Source of the DNA: Octopus vulgaris | Taxonomy: Eukaryota | Length of the DNA stretch: 64,000 nt | Direction of reading: 5' to 3' | Assembly: GCA_951406725.2 (NCBI GenBank) | Contig: OX597817.1 | Span: 14,198,001 to 14,262,000 of the forward strand | In this document: positions 12,154-26,011 of the stretch, in pieces | Layout: each line of letters starts with the position of its first letter | How positions within the stretch are numbered: position 1 is the first letter of the stretch | Program-made: the position numbers and the translations under genes | The notes under the pieces: generated by a model | What the model was told of the DNA's origin: nothing | The model's database searches: none | Seen by the model: only the letters and a program-made list of their open reading frames with translations

Positions 12154-13249
12154 ACAATGAGTTAATGATATGGCGTGATGTAGTTATTCTTAAACTAAAG
12201 ATTAAAGTCGTCACCCCTAAACAGCACGACAGGCATGTGCACGATGCGCCAGCTACTTGGCTTACAGTCTTAAAATAGGATTTCTTTTGGTACAGACTTC
12301 CTATGCTTTATCATTCATACCTCCAGACAATGTAAAGTAAATAGTAGTCGAACACTGATCGATTTAATCGATTACCTGCTTTGCGCTAAAGTCGGAATTT
12401 CAATATTTTATGAATGACTCAACCGTCCCCTAATATTGGGTCTTGCGTTTTAAAGAACAGGAAATCGGAAAGATAATATCGATATAAATGAATTGAAATA
12501 ACTGCAACCGGAAAAAGAAAACATCGAAGATTTTATTGACGGGGCTGATTACATTCCACGAGTTTATTCCTAATTTTTCATTTTTTTTTTTTTTTTTTTT
12601 TTTACCTTTTTAAATTCAGTTCAAGCCCAAAATAATAATGTTTGGCGTTTTCTGCCTTCCACAATGTTAGCAAAGTGAATTGTCTTTAATCGGAAATCGA
12701 ACCCTCTTCATATGACTTTTGTTCATTTGGGCGCTTTGCCAAACTATTTCTTAATTACTATTAATTTATTAACCTTATAATTACTAACAATTAGCATTAT
12801 TTATTTATTGTTTATTCACTGTTTGATTGATTGCGTTCTTCTCTCTTGCGAGTAACTCAACCAGTCTATTCATAGAGAAAATTGTGATTAACATACAAAG
12901 AAACCCGAGTCTTATTCTCTTTTCTTTCATATCTTCTCTTTCTTTTTATATCCATTCCTCCCACCTCTCTCTCTCATTTCCTATCTCTATCTCAATATAT
13001 CTAGCACACTATTTATTCCTTACCTTTTCAGTTACTCTCTCTTTTTCACACAGTCAATCACTCTTCTATTTCTCTTCCTCTTCTTCTCTTTATGTATTAT
13101 CATCACTTGAGATTTCTTTTTTTCCTCTCTTTGAATTATTATTTCTATCCCCTCTTTCTCTTACAGTATCCTATTTATTATCATTCAACTCCTTTTTTCT
13201 TTCCATTTTTTTATTTATTTATCTCTCCTCTCTTTCTCTCTCACTCTCG

Positions 13250-13297
<48 letters not shown>

Positions 13298-13768
13298 AAC
13301 ACACCGTTTCCCTTTTCTGAGAAATTTGGGTAATTTTAGCGCTGCAATTTCAAACAGAAGGTATTGATTTCAGTTCCAATTGAAATTAGGTATTCTTCAA
13401 CATTTATGCGTAAATTTATTGGTTACACTTAAAAACGTCAACTGGTAGAACGAAGTCTAATTAACTGTAAAGAATAAAGAAACCATCGTTTCATATGAGA
13501 CTTAAGAGAAAGAACAGAACTCTCTCTACACACAGCACACACTTTCTACAATAACCACCCAATAAAATACCATAGCCCACACAACACATACTCTACGGGA
13601 TAACTAACAGACCATATAAAACAACATACTGTACGCAGTTACTGACTAATAAAAGAATACGATACACACACACTTATATACTGACGTTCAGCGATAAAGC
13701 ACCAACAACTCACACAACTCTCATTCTTGATTGATGCTAACCATTAATATAACACTATACATATAATA

Positions 13769-14098
13769 TGGCACTCCGTCGGTTGCGACGACGTGGGTTC
13801 CAGTTGATCTGATTAATATAAAAGCATGCTCGTGAAATTAACGTGCAAGTGGTTTAGCACTCCATAGTTACTCATACCCATAACGCAGTTCTCGGTGAGA
13901 TTCAGTTACACGGTCAGTTACACAGAGTGTAACAAGGCTGACACTTTGAAACACAGGAAATACTCATTTTTACTGGCTGAACTGGAGTAACGTGAAATAA
14001 AGTGTCTTGCTCAAGGACACAACACGTCGCCGAGAATCGAACTGAGGACCTTACGAACGCGAGCTGAATACTCCTAACCACTAAGCCATGTGCCTTCA
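13769..14098 (-). mobile_element. Older SINE sharing the family C 3' tail
   Basis: gcactccgtcggttgcgacgacg...ctcgtgaaattaacgtgcaagtgg tail with a different tRNA-like head (TGGCTTAGTGGTTAGG). Confidence 0.7.
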
Positions 14099-14114
14099 CC
14101 CATACAGTATATAG

Positions 14115-16047
14115 TAGGGTGGGGTCAAATTTTTATATTCCGATTCCACATATTGCTTGATGTTCATTTCGGTGTGAGAAATAAATCAACAAATTTTAAA
14201 ATAAATGTATTTGACCATCTCTACTCCTTGCATAGCTACCGGCCTTAATTCTGCGTTTTAAATACTGAAAATGTAAGGAACTGTAAACTTGTTTTAATGT
14301 TATTAACTTTGTACTAGTTTAATATTACCTATATAACATTTTTATAACTTATATGCAACCCCTACCACCACCTGAAAAAAAAAACAGTTATTGGATTATT
14401 TATTTATATAGTTTGTATTAATTTTTGTAATAAAAAAAAAGCCCATATTCAGAAAAACACTTTCAACGTAAAAGAAATATAAATTCTTTATGACTATTAT
14501 GATATGCAATAAAAAAAAAATATGCGCGAACCTCAAACGAAATACATGAACGATGGAAACCATAAAATAAACATTAATAGTATTTACTATTTAATTGAAT
14601 GACGATTGTCTTTTTCCAGTCAAAGTGAAGTAAACTTTGTCGTGATTTCTGCACATTTAATGTGAATTTGTGCCTATTTTTGTAGCCTATTCGGAAGCTT
14701 TTGCCACTAAATTGACAGCATGCTCGACTTTTTGGCTACGACAAGGAAAAGGTATTGGCTATGACAGTCAGATATTTTTATTTGTTTGTCATAACACGTA
14801 CAGGTGCAAATATCAAACATTTCAATGAATTCTAATTTCTATCAAAACTATCTCCGCTTTGCTTGATAGGTATTTTGTTTAATTTATAAGCTGATTCAAT
14901 CAATCTCTCAATTTTAGAGCTGTTCCCTCAAACCCAATATAAGGAAAACAAAATTTTTCCCTTATTGTTTGCACATCTGCAGTAACAATCCGGTAGTATT
15001 CTTTCGATCTGGATGAAGTTTTTGATATCTGTTCTTCACATTTTCTTATGAATAAATAACTAGCAGTATCGCACGGCGTTGCTCGGGTTTGTAAGGGAAA
15101 TAACTATATAAGCATTTTTAGATATGTAAAGTATAATAGCCATCTCAATATGGCTAACCACAAAGGGGGTGTGTTACTGTAGCTTTTTACGTTCTGAGAT
15201 TTAATAATGCATTTTTAGAGAGTTACTTCCCTTATATAATAGCAAAAAAATGCATTAAAAATGGAAAAAAATGATGGTAAATTTTTGTTTAAATCGTAGA
15301 CTCATCGTAGACGCGCGCTAATACCCAGAAGGGCTCGATATGAATCACGACTATAAGATACCCGGTTTTGGTTAAACTGCACCGCAAAATGTTGGGAGTA
15401 GTTAGGAATCTAAATCGTAAGAGACAGACACACAACTTCACTTTTATATATAAAGATGTCGGAATATATCTGCCTTTGAAGGGGGTCATTGCCGTAGGAT
15501 ATTCTGCAGGAAATCCAAATGCTGAATTACGGCTTTTACTTCTAGTTGCCATTATATAATCTTATATACTTAAATTATTAGCTTAAATTTATGTAGGTAT
15601 TTTTGTAAAATTATAATACAATTTAACTCTGAGATAATCTGAAAAGCAAAACAAAATCATTTAACAAATGTATACATTTTCTAAAAAAAAACATTCACTT
15701 AACACATATTGAACAGTCGTAATTTTACCATGTTGGAGGGGTACCTGTATCTCAATGTTTTTGCTATCTTTACTCATCAGATGTTTTAAACAAGGTTTCT
15801 ACATCGAAATATGATCAAATGTGTCATTTCCATAAGCAATTTCGTATATATGTGTTAGCGAGTATATGATTAATATAGAAAATTAGGGTATTTAATATAG
15901 AAATACCCTAAATTAGGGTGTATACTAGGTGTACGGGGGCGTCATGTAACCCCAATTTCCATATATATTTATTTAAAATAGTAATTGAAACTCTGTGCAC
16001 ACCGTGAAATTAAGGTTCGTTAAAAATGATTGTTTCGACGCACCCCA
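14115..16047 (-). mobile_element. Internally deleted hATm-like DNA transposon (split by Helitron at 15060-15456)
   Basis: Ends TAGGGTGGGGTCAAA and (reverse complement) TGGGGTGCGTCGAAA; flanks gtatatag/ctatatac. Minus-strand relics MATRSKS..FGFP, FDICTCTC and FPCRSQKVEHAVNLVAKAS resemble hATm transposase motifs LFDIxxCxC and PCHTQAVER. Confidence 0.7.
15060..15456 (-). mobile_element. Non-autonomous Helitron
   Basis: Minus strand: A|TCTTTATATATAAAAG start, 3' hairpin CCCGAGCAACGCCGTGCG, CTAG|T end. Inserted at A-T with no TSD. Confidence 0.85.
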
Positions 16048-16089
16048 CTATATACTATATTATTATTGTTGTTGTTATTATTATTATTG

Positions 16090-16504
16090 AGATATCGAGA
16101 TAAAGAGCGCATGACCTTGCAGGCAGGGCCCGGTTAAAATTTTCTTCAGATTGAATAGCCCATCCCGCTCAAAAGGTCCTTGAATAAGGGTTGTTTAAGG
16201 ATGATGATGATGAAACACCTATGTTTCCAGAGGTGAATTATTCAAATCCCTAAGAAATCCGCTCAACACATAGCTATGAGACCCACTACTACTCGTGTTT
16301 ATGATCAGAGATGCACATATCGTCAGTCACCAAAGGACATGCTCAACTTAAGGTCAAGCAACTGACAAGTAAATCTGTGGTATTGAGCAGAATATTTGCT
16401 GTAGCCCATCTTTTATACCAAGACAAAACACGCACATGATAACACTTCCAATCAGTTAAGATCAGAAGCCATGAGAGACACGTCCTGGTACTGCATTAGG
16501 GCAT
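16090..16504. mobile_element. Probable interspersed repeat of unknown class between (TTA)n tracts
   Basis: Non-coding block bounded by (TTA)n on both sides. Only one copy in the window, so the class is not determinable. Confidence 0.35.
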
Positions 16505-16505
16505 A

Positions 16506-16562
<57 letters not shown>

Positions 16563-16563
<1 letters not shown>

Positions 16564-16985
16564 GGTTTGAATCAGGTTCGCTCTTATTCTTGGTAGGATT
16601 TATGTGAGTAGCGGGTTACCACCTGTAACCTTAGGTATCCACAAGTTTTCAGTAGCCTTTCAAGCGCTTAGAATACTCCTGATAATCCTTGCTAATTGTC
16701 CGTTTGAATAGGAAAGTCTCACCAAATCTTGTATTATTCTTGTTATTCTGAAAGACTCACGGATGGTTCTTAATTACCGGTTATTCTTTACATGAAAGCA
16801 GGCAATAACAAATCACCAAAGGTTTCAAGTGGTACCTTCTCCTGTGACTCAAAGAGACAATACTATCTTTAGAATGCGAGCTTTTCCTTACCTATAATTG
16901 TTATGTCTGGTCTATTATTTTCTAACTAGTTGTCCGTTTGAATAGGAAAGTCTCACCAAATCTTACTATTATTCTTGTTATTCTG
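16563..16985 (-). mobile_element. Mosaic of R4-clade 3' ends and endonuclease fragments
   Basis: Relics KIW*DFPIQTD..NRPDI, ARILKIVLSL* and ARIIRSILSA*; ~187-bp duplication 16696-16882 / 16930-17117. Confidence 0.7.
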
Positions 16986-19900
16986 AAAGACTCACGGATG
17001 GTTCTTAATTACCGGTTATTCTTTACATGAAAGCAGGCAATAACAAATCACCAAAGGTTTCAAGTGGTACCTTCTCCTGTGACTCAAAGAGACAATACTA
17101 TCTTTAGAATGCGAGCTGTACCCAACAATGCTGTCTTCTGGATTACCTCGAGCCTGACAGCAGCTCCAATATTCTTAATATGTTTTTCAAAGCCCTTGGA
17201 AACTGCTCCTAATGATCCAATTACCACCGGTATCGCCATTACTTTCCTCATGCCCTATACTTTTCCTATCTCGTCCCGCAGTGGCTGGTATTTCACAATC
17301 TTGTCTGTTACCTTACATTTCACCCTCGAATCGTCTGGTATTGCAACATCTGTTATCTTTACTTCTTTCTCATCTTTATGGATGAACACATCTGGTCGTC
17401 TCGCTTCTAAGTCTTGGTCGCACTCCAAGTTAAAATCCCAGAGTGTTTTGTAATGTTCATTTTCCATTACTCCCTCTGGCTTGCATTCATACCACTATAC
17501 GGCTCTCTCGAGGTTTGCTTTACCACACAACAGCCAGTGGACATATCTGGCCACATTATCGTGTCTCCTTTTGTATTCGCGTTGTGCAAGCTTACGGCAC
17601 TCACTAACAATATGGCTTATACTTTCTCCCTTCTCAGAGTACATCCTACACTGTGGTGAGTCAGTGCTTTTATCAATATGATATTTGGAGTAGTTTGTTC
17701 TGTGAGCTTATTCTTGAGCGCTGCAAACTAATGCCTCTGTGGGCCCTTTTAAGTTTCCTTTCTGCAGCCATTGACAGGTTCTATTACCATCAATCTCATT
17801 TTATTCTTCAAAAACTAACTGTGCATTTTCTTGACCTGCCAAATTATCTTTATCTGCTCTCTCTGGTATTTCTTAAATTGCGTTGGATCTATGGCTTCAT
17901 TCACTTTTAAGATTCCCTGCATTTTACACTGCTTCAATCATTTCTTCTCTATTCGCCTTGGCATACCAAACCAGGCTATTCTCCTCTTCCCTTACACAAC
18001 CTTCACAACACACCAATCCTCGTCCTCCTTCTTTCCTCTTTACACACAATCTTGGCACATCACTCTTGGGGTGTAGTTCCTTGTTCATTGTCATTAATTT
18101 ACGTGTTCTCCGGTCTATCTCTTGTAATTCATGCTTCTTCCAAAATACTATTCCTGCCCCATATCTTATTAAAGCAACCGCCCACGTATTAATTGCTCTA
18201 ATCTTATAGCGGCCATTTAGCTTCGATTGGAGCACAAACTGAGTTCCCCTCAAATACTCTTTCTTGTACATTTCTTTTCATCTTGTGTTCATTCATCTTA
18301 TCTCTTTCAATGATACCCAGGAACTTATATCCTTTCTCTCTAACTTCCTTTCCAGCTTTCCAGCTTGATCCCATGGCTTTTACTGATTTCCCCCTTTTGA
18401 GAACCATTACACCACATTTCTCAATCTCAAATTCCATGCCAATATTTTTGCTAACCCTCTGCACAGTTGCCGTCAAATTCTCAATTTCTTTCTCAGTCTG
18501 AGCGTATAGCTTTAGGTTATCCATAAACCATAGGTTGTTTACCTTCATCCCGCATAGCATGTACCCCACACGCATCTTTATTAAAACGCTCGTTAGTGGC
18601 GGTATGCAGGGAAAAAAAGGAGAGGCGACACTGTCCCCTTGAAAGATTCCTCTTTTGATATTTACCTCTCCCAGCTTATCTCCCCATGCTGTGAGTTCAG
18701 TTCACCACGTTATCATTGAGTTTTGTATTAACTTCACTAGACCTTAAGCAGTTTAAGGCATTTAATAATCCACGAATGTGGGACCATGTCATATGCTTTC
18801 CTCTAGTCCACCCATGCCATCGCCAAATTTGTGTGTCACTTCTTGTACTCAACCAGGATAGTCTTATCGATTAGTAATTGATCCTTCGTTCCTCTGCTCT
18901 TACATCTACACCCTTTTTGTTCAACTGGAAGTAGGTCGTTCTCATCTAGATACTTATAGATGCTGTTTGATATGATGCCCATCATCAGTATCCACATCAA
19001 TGTTAAACAAAGTATTGGTCGGAAATTTCCAACCGCATTCCCTTTACTTTGGCCTTTTTGGCATAGTAGCGTTCTTCCTTTTGTCGTCCAGGCCGGTACT
19101 TGGATATAACTTCTCAGTATTTTGTCCATCTGTCTCGAAATTCTCCTGAGCAGAGCTGTCAAGTTTTTAAGCCAAAAGCCCTCAACCCCATCTGGGCCAG
19201 GCGCTTTCTCAAATGCTCCTGCTGATACTCTCCACTCTGCTCTTTGAGTGTCTTTAACCACTCTACTTCAGTTTCGTGTTTCTCCTGAGACCATATGTTT
19301 GACCAGAATCTTTTGCTCTCTTCAGCATCCGGTACTGCCTTTTCATCTTTTTCTTTCCCTTCAAGTTCCTCATAGATTAGTTTCTGATTTTGTTCGAAAA
19401 GTCTGTTTAATCTGTGCTGCTCAATTCTCTGTTCATATCTCTTTAGTTTATGTGCTTTAGCTTTCAACCTCTGTTTTAATTCCTCAATCACAACATTAAT
19501 CCCCTTTCTCTTCACCCTCTACTTCCTCTCTAGCTCAACATTTTTGCTCGTTGAACTTCATTTCTTTTTTTCCGTTCCAGAATATTAATATATTTTCTGG
19601 TCTCATTAATACACTGCGTTATTCTCCTTTTTCACCATAGTTCCTTCAGGTTATGTTGACATTTATCTTTGGCTTTCAAATCTAACTTCCGGACTATAAA
19701 GATCGAGATTGCATTTATCAGATTGTTGGTGTCTGTGATGTTGTCAGTCCTGATATCACCAGTGATATCATTTATCTTCTTGGCCCATTCATTGAGTTTC
19801 TTTCTGTCTACTTTTTTTAAAAGCCCGTACGAAAGCTCTGTACAATCAGAGGCCCAAATATCAATGACTTCATTTAAAATGGATATCTATTCCTCGGTTC

Positions 19901-20120
19901 TCTCATCGATTTCCTGATCAATAATCTCAGCTTCATGCTCGTTTCACTATCTGCATTCTCTTCCTCATCCCTCCCTTCACCGCTGTCTTACTATCACTAA
20001 GCACCCGTCTCTTAATGGTTTCTAGTTCAACTGGAGATAACCATTCATTCTTTCTGATGACTCTAGCTTGATCACAGATTTCGTTCACTTAATTTAAATA
20101 GGCCTCTGTCGCTCCTTGCC
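16986..20120 (-). mobile_element. Near-full-length, frameshifted R4/Dong-clade non-LTR retrotransposon (RT + zinc finger + restriction-like endonuclease)
   Basis: Motifs KAPGPDG, NFRPILCL, EQKGCR..SRGTKDQLLID, KAYDMVPH, RGIFQGD, WFMDNLKLYA, YKFLG, KEGGRGL, RRHDNV, LWDF..RRPD..D and TALLGTARIL. Abuts (TAA)n. Confidence 0.92.
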
Positions 20121-20300
<180 letters not shown>

Positions 20301-20319
20301 CTATTACATGCAAATTGAA

Positions 20320-20712
20320 TAAGCAGAAATGTTATCTTGAGGTTTTTTGATAACAAGTCTCCTTAAATCTTTCTTAGAATTCTTTCAGAATACAGGATCG
20401 TACTTGTGTCTGCTAGTCAAGAATGCGATCTTCAGTTCAATATCTTTCAGCCACTTAGGTTGTATTTGAGATGCTGTGCCGAGCGCACCAATTACTACTT
20501 CAGGAACAATTGCGGTTTTGGTCTTCCACAATCTCTTCAGATCTCTGATGTTTCTCAATTTCTCAATTTCTTTGGTATCAACTCTGTTATTATAGGTAAT
20601 AGCAAACTCAGTGATCCTACACTGTTTATTTTGTCCTCTATATTCACATCTAATCTTATTGCATCAGCTGTGTGGCCAGTCTTCATAAGACTTTCCAAGA
20701 AGGCGACTTTGC
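20320..20712 (-). mobile_element. Old R4-like endonuclease-domain fragment
   Basis: Relic ITEFAITYNNRVDTKEIEK...LWK..IVPEVVIGALG. Confidence 0.6.
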
Positions 20713-20834
20713 TTTTCATTCTTTTGGGTTCGATCGATTAAGTACCAGTGAAACACTGGGGTTGATGTGATCGACTCAACCCCGCCCACAAAATTGCTGT
20801 CCTTGTGGCAAAATTTGAAACCATAATAATAATA

Positions 20835-20901
<67 letters not shown>

Positions 20902-20903
<2 letters not shown>

Positions 20904-21837
20904 TACTTTTATTTTTATAGCGTGCTTTCACTTCACTACCGAGCGCAGCTCTGTGTGCCTTGGGTATGTGCTGTGATTTGTTGTGATGCTCTGATTGTTA
21001 TTGTATGGAAAGTGTTCTGCGTAGGATGTGTGCAGTGCCTAGTAGTGCAATTTTCTGTATGTTATATGTGTTTGTAAGTCCTGGTGTTTTTGTTATGTAT
21101 TTGTCTGAATATGTTTTTATCATGCCTAATGCACCTACTATGATAGGAATTGTTTCTGTTTTTAGATTCCACATTCTGGTTACCTCTATTTCCAGGTCTT
21201 TGTATTTTGAAAGTTTTTCCATTTCTTTTAGAGACACGTTGTCATCTGCTGGTATTGATACATCAATTAGAAAGCATTTTTTTCTTCATGATCTCTGACA
21301 ACTATATCTGGTCTGTTGGCTTTAATTTCTCTATCTGTGTGTATCGGCATATCCCAGAGTATGGTTGCTTTCTCGTTTTCTGTGACCTTTTCTGGTGTGT
21401 GCCTATACCATCTTTTTTCTGTTGTTATTCCATAATGTTGGCATAGTTTCCAGTGTATGTAGGTTCCAACTCTGTCATGTCTGTGAATATATTCCTTCTT
21501 AGCCAGGACTGGGCAGCTAGAGTTAATATGATTTATTGTTTCTTGTCCATCTCCACATATTCTGCAGTTACTTGTTATATTTCTTTTCATTACATGTTTT
21601 TGGTAATTTCTGGTGGGGAGGCTTTGATCTTGTGCTGCAATTAAAAATCCCTCTGTCTCTGCTTTGAGTCCTGAGTTTCTCAACCATTGCTGGGATTTTT
21701 CTTTGTCTATTTCTTTTGCATTTAGTTTAGTCCAGTATTTACCATGAAGGGGCTTTTCTTGCCATCGTTTTATCATGGTTCTTTACTGTTCTAGTTTTAG
21801 TTTGGATTTCATTTGTTTTATAGCTTTTGTTGTTTCT

Positions 21838-21840
<3 letters not shown>
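20902..21840 (-). mobile_element. Younger R4/Dong-clade 3' fragment (CCHC zinc finger + RLE)
   Basis: WQEKPLHG, AAQDQSLPT, CRICGDGQETINHINSSC, HRHD, LWD..RPDI and KLSKYKDL..IVGALG. Bounded by (TAA)n on both sides. Confidence 0.9.
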
Positions 21841-21899
<59 letters not shown>

Positions 21900-22175
21900 G
21901 TTATTGTTATTGTTGTTGTTGTTATTGTTGTTATTGTTGTTTGACTTTTCAGAGCGCTCGGTCTTGTTTGCTCTGGTTTATTCCGTGAGGGCAGACAGCA
22001 GCCTGTTATCAGAGGCCTCACGGGGTTTCTTTCTGCACATTGTAAGCTTTGATATTTGGTTGTTAATTATCGTGATAGACACTCAACGTCCAATTACCAA
22101 TCTCAAAATTCTAGTTGTCTGCAATAGAGCAATTGTGGGGGGGGGGGCTTACTCTGCTCTCATTATCATTATTAC

Positions 22176-22238
<63 letters not shown>

Positions 22239-22249
22239 GTTTTGCCCTT

Positions 22250-24420
22250 GCTTTAGATTATACAAGCTGCAACTAAGCCTCATCCAGAGTCATCAAGGGA
22301 CAAGTTTTGGCAACTAAAGAGGAGAATCGAGAAGGATTCTTTCAAGGGGACAATTTTTCTCCCGTCTAGGTAGTAATCACACAGGTTCCTTTGTCGATTA
22401 TACTAAACAAAGCTAAGTAATAATACTCACTGGTAAAAAATGGGGGAAAGTAAACAATATATTTATAAATGATTCAAAGTTCTGTGGTAATAACAAGAAC
22501 CAATTGGGCTCCTTAATGTACACCTCAAGGATTTTTAGTAACGATACTGGAATGACTTCTGGAATCGGAAACTGCAATAATAGAGATGAAGAATGGAAAC
22601 CTCATAAAATGTACTGTGACAGACCTACATAATGATGGAAATGTATCTTTTCTACTCTAGGTACAAGGCCCGAAATTTTGGAGGAAAGAGCCAGTCGATT
22701 AGATCGGCTTCAGTACGTAACTGGTACTTAATTTATCGATCCCGAAAGGATGAAAGGCAAGGTCGACCTCGGCGGAATTTGGACTCAGAACGTAAAAAAC
22801 AGACAAAATACCGATTTCTTTACTACCCACAAGGGGCCAAACACAGAGAGGACAGACAAAGGGATTAAGTCGATTATATCGATCCCAGTGCGTCGCTGGT
22901 ACTTATTTAATCGGCCCCGAAAGGATGAAAAGCAAAGTCGACCTCGGCGGAATTTGAATTCAGAACGTAGCGGCAGACGAAATACCGCTCAGCATTTCGC
23001 CCGGCGAGCCAAAATTTCTGCCAGCTCGCCGTCTTAATGGAAACATATAATCATTAAAGGAAGAAGAAACCAATAAATATCTTGGGAATACTTTCGGCTT
23101 TGTCATTAGAAAGTGACAAAATGAGATATATGGAAATAAAGGAAACATTCAATAAGGAATATTTTCATAGAATAAAAAATATTCCAAAATCTAAACTGAA
23201 TGTGGTAAACATCATACAAACAACCAGCTTGAGGCCAGTATTTTAAATAAAGTATGGAGTAGGAATTAGTAACTGGAGAAAAAAATGAAGTGAAAAGCAT
23301 CGGCAGAAAAACAAAGAAGTGATCAGAAGTATGATCAGAAGTATGCCTCCTCAATCTGATGTAGATTGATTACATTGGAAAAGAGCAGAAGGAAGAGTAT
23401 GGTTAAAAGCATAAATCTAAGGAAGACACGTCTAGGCTCCTATCTAGAAGAAAAGGAAGAAGCACTCCTCAAAGAGGTAATAATTGAAGGACTATTTCCA
23501 AAATGTGTAGAACCCAAAAGGAAAAAAAAAAACGAGAAAATGTGGGACAAAAGAATCAGACTTTATCGGAAAGAAACTTCATTCAGTATTTTTCTTGAAC
23601 ACTAAAGGGACACAGTATGACAAGGGCAGTATGACAATGATATTAGCAGCGCAGGAACAAACCCAAATTGGATCAAGAGCGCGATAGATCAACGGCACTG
23701 TTCACCAAAATGCAGGAAGTACAATGAGTCAGGAAAGAGTTTGGTTCATATTGTATCGGAATATTCACTGTTGATTGAATACAAAACGTGCAGTATTTAT
23801 AAGATTGCAGCAACATACCTCCATAATTTTTCGCAGGAAATTTGAGTTTGCATGAACTGAAAACACGAATCAATTTATGGAAATAGAAATGGTGGCCCTC
23901 GAATGGAATGAAGTGATGTTGTGGGATATTCTTATACAAATGAAAAGGAAAATAGAACACAACAAACCCAAAAAGAATAAACTATGTATTGCAACGACGT
24001 GATTTGCCCATTTGGCATCAATATAAAAAGAACGAGAAAGGAAAAAGCAGAGCATTAGAGTGACGTGAAGAATGAGATCCTCAAGTACTAAATTAAAAGA
24101 AGTTAACCAGGCCAGGATACTGCAGATTATTAGTGGAGCCTTGGGAAGAGAAGCAAAAAATCGGAGAAGAAATTTTGCAAAAACTTTACCTTAATTTTTT
24201 GGAGTGCATAAAATTGTCGATTAGGTTAATATAATAGTGAATAAAATGTGGATAAGAAAGATTTTAGTCGTTATTTCAACAAATTACAAGAAAACATACG
24301 ATATGTATCCCAATATTGACTTTTGGAATGTATGAGTACCTTCAGAGTCCGCGAAAAGATTAGAAGCAATGAGATCATAGGCACTAGAACTGAAGTGCTG
24401 AAGTGATTCAGTCATTGAGA
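22250..24420 (+). mobile_element. Highly decayed R4-like RT/RLE fragments (interrupted by SINE at 22645-23034)
   Basis: Relics GFFQGDNFSP, IFSNDTGM, LAAQEQ, LWDILIQ, ISGALG and NYKKTYDMYP. Confidence 0.65.
22645..23034 (-). mobile_element. SINE family B dimer
   Basis: Two tandem GTCGACCTCGGCGGAATTTG core units. Confidence 0.85.
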
Positions 24421-25049
24421 AATGGGAAAATGCAAAGAGGAATATTTCAGTGAGACTCACCGTCTCCGTTGCTATGCATGATTGCATTGATTCCTTTGAC
24501 GGGCATACTGAAAAATCTAAACCTGCTTATGAGCTTGCTAAGAACAGAGAGAAAATGAATTGTCTGTTGTGTATGGCTCACTTTAAGCACTTCAGAAATG
24601 CGCGATGAAATACGAACGCTGACGGAGAGTTTGAGCAAAAATGCTGACAGCTTAAATTATGGACCGGACTTAACATATCAAGCCTCGCAAATAAAGCAGA
24701 AAAGACAAATGGACACGAGGAAAATATGTTTTATTCTACATTCATATTTGAAAGTGACACTCTACAGTACAGCAATATGTTCGTATAAAATTTGAAGGTA
24801 AATTTACCGCCGGCCCAACAGACTTGCTAACTAAAGAAAATACATCCTTAGAATGACAAAAATATAGGAAACTGAAATAGAACATTTAAAAGAAGCAATG
24901 AAAGTTACGAGCTCAGAAGAACTAACAACAGTAAAAATTTTGAGAATGTGGATCCTAAAGATAAAACTTATATGCAAATTGAATAAAGTAAATAATATGA
25001 CTCGACAAATACAAATCCTAGAACATCTAAGAACGTGTGTGTATGTATG

Positions 25050-25098
<49 letters not shown>

Positions 25099-25104
25099 TT
25101 ATAC

Positions 25105-25514
25105 TTTTACTATTTTACTTGTTTCAGTCATTTGACTGCGGCCATGCTGGAGCACCGCCTTTAGTCGAGCAACTCGACCCCGGGACTTATTCTTTGTAAG
25201 CCCAGTACTTGTTCTATCGGTCTCTTTTGCCGAACCGCTAAGTGACGGGGACATAAACACACCAGCATCGGTTGTCAATCAATGCTAGGGGAACAAACAC
25301 AGACACACAAACACACACACAAATACACATATATATATATATACATATATACGACAGGCTTCTTTCAGTTTCCGTCTACCAAATCCACTCACAAGGCATT
25401 GGTCGGCCCGAGGCTATAGCAGAAGACACTTACCCAAGATGCCACGCAGTGGGACTGAACCCGGAACCATGTGGCTGGTAAGCAAACTACTTACCACACA
25501 GCCACTCCTGCGCC
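25105..25514 (-). mobile_element. SINE family A
   Basis: Full-length match to 950-1370. Confidence 0.88.
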
Positions 25515-25529
25515 TATATATATATTTAA

Positions 25530-25935
25530 TTAAAAACTTGGGGTAACAAGAATATTTATCGAAAAATTCTTAGTTACCAGTGGTCTAGCGAGAAGGAATT
25601 AGTCAATAGACTATATATTATTCAGAGAATAATACAGTGTACATTCAAACATAAAAGAGATACCCGAAGAATAGGATATCTGACTCGCTTATAGTTCCAT
25701 GTCTATGTGTTCAGTCTTGGCAACCTACTGAGGACGCAGCGCCAGATCTAGACTGAGATTATTTTATTTCAATCTGTATTTAAGTCTGCAGAAACCTTGC
25801 AGGGTCTAGGATTAAGGTAAACGTTTTTATTTTTCAATCACTTTCGGAATTACAACAATTGGTGGGTTGGAGCTTTTAACTGCTCTTTCTAGCAAGTCAG
25901 ATATCCTATTATTCGGGTATCTCTTTTATGTTTGT

Positions 25936-25938
<3 letters not shown>
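25530..25938 (+). mobile_element. Penelope-like pLTR / non-coding unit with inverted tail
   Basis: 40-bp inverted repeat 25646-25685 / 25895-25934 around a hammerhead motif; flanked by (TA)n. Confidence 0.6.
25724..25810 (+). ncRNA. Type I hammerhead ribozyme
   Basis: Stem I CCTA/TAGG; core CTGAGGA (25728-25734); stem II GCAG/CTGC with long loop; GAAA (25791); stem III ACCTTGCAGGGT; GTC cleavage triplet 25804-25806. Confidence 0.75.
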
Positions 25939-26011
<73 letters not shown>

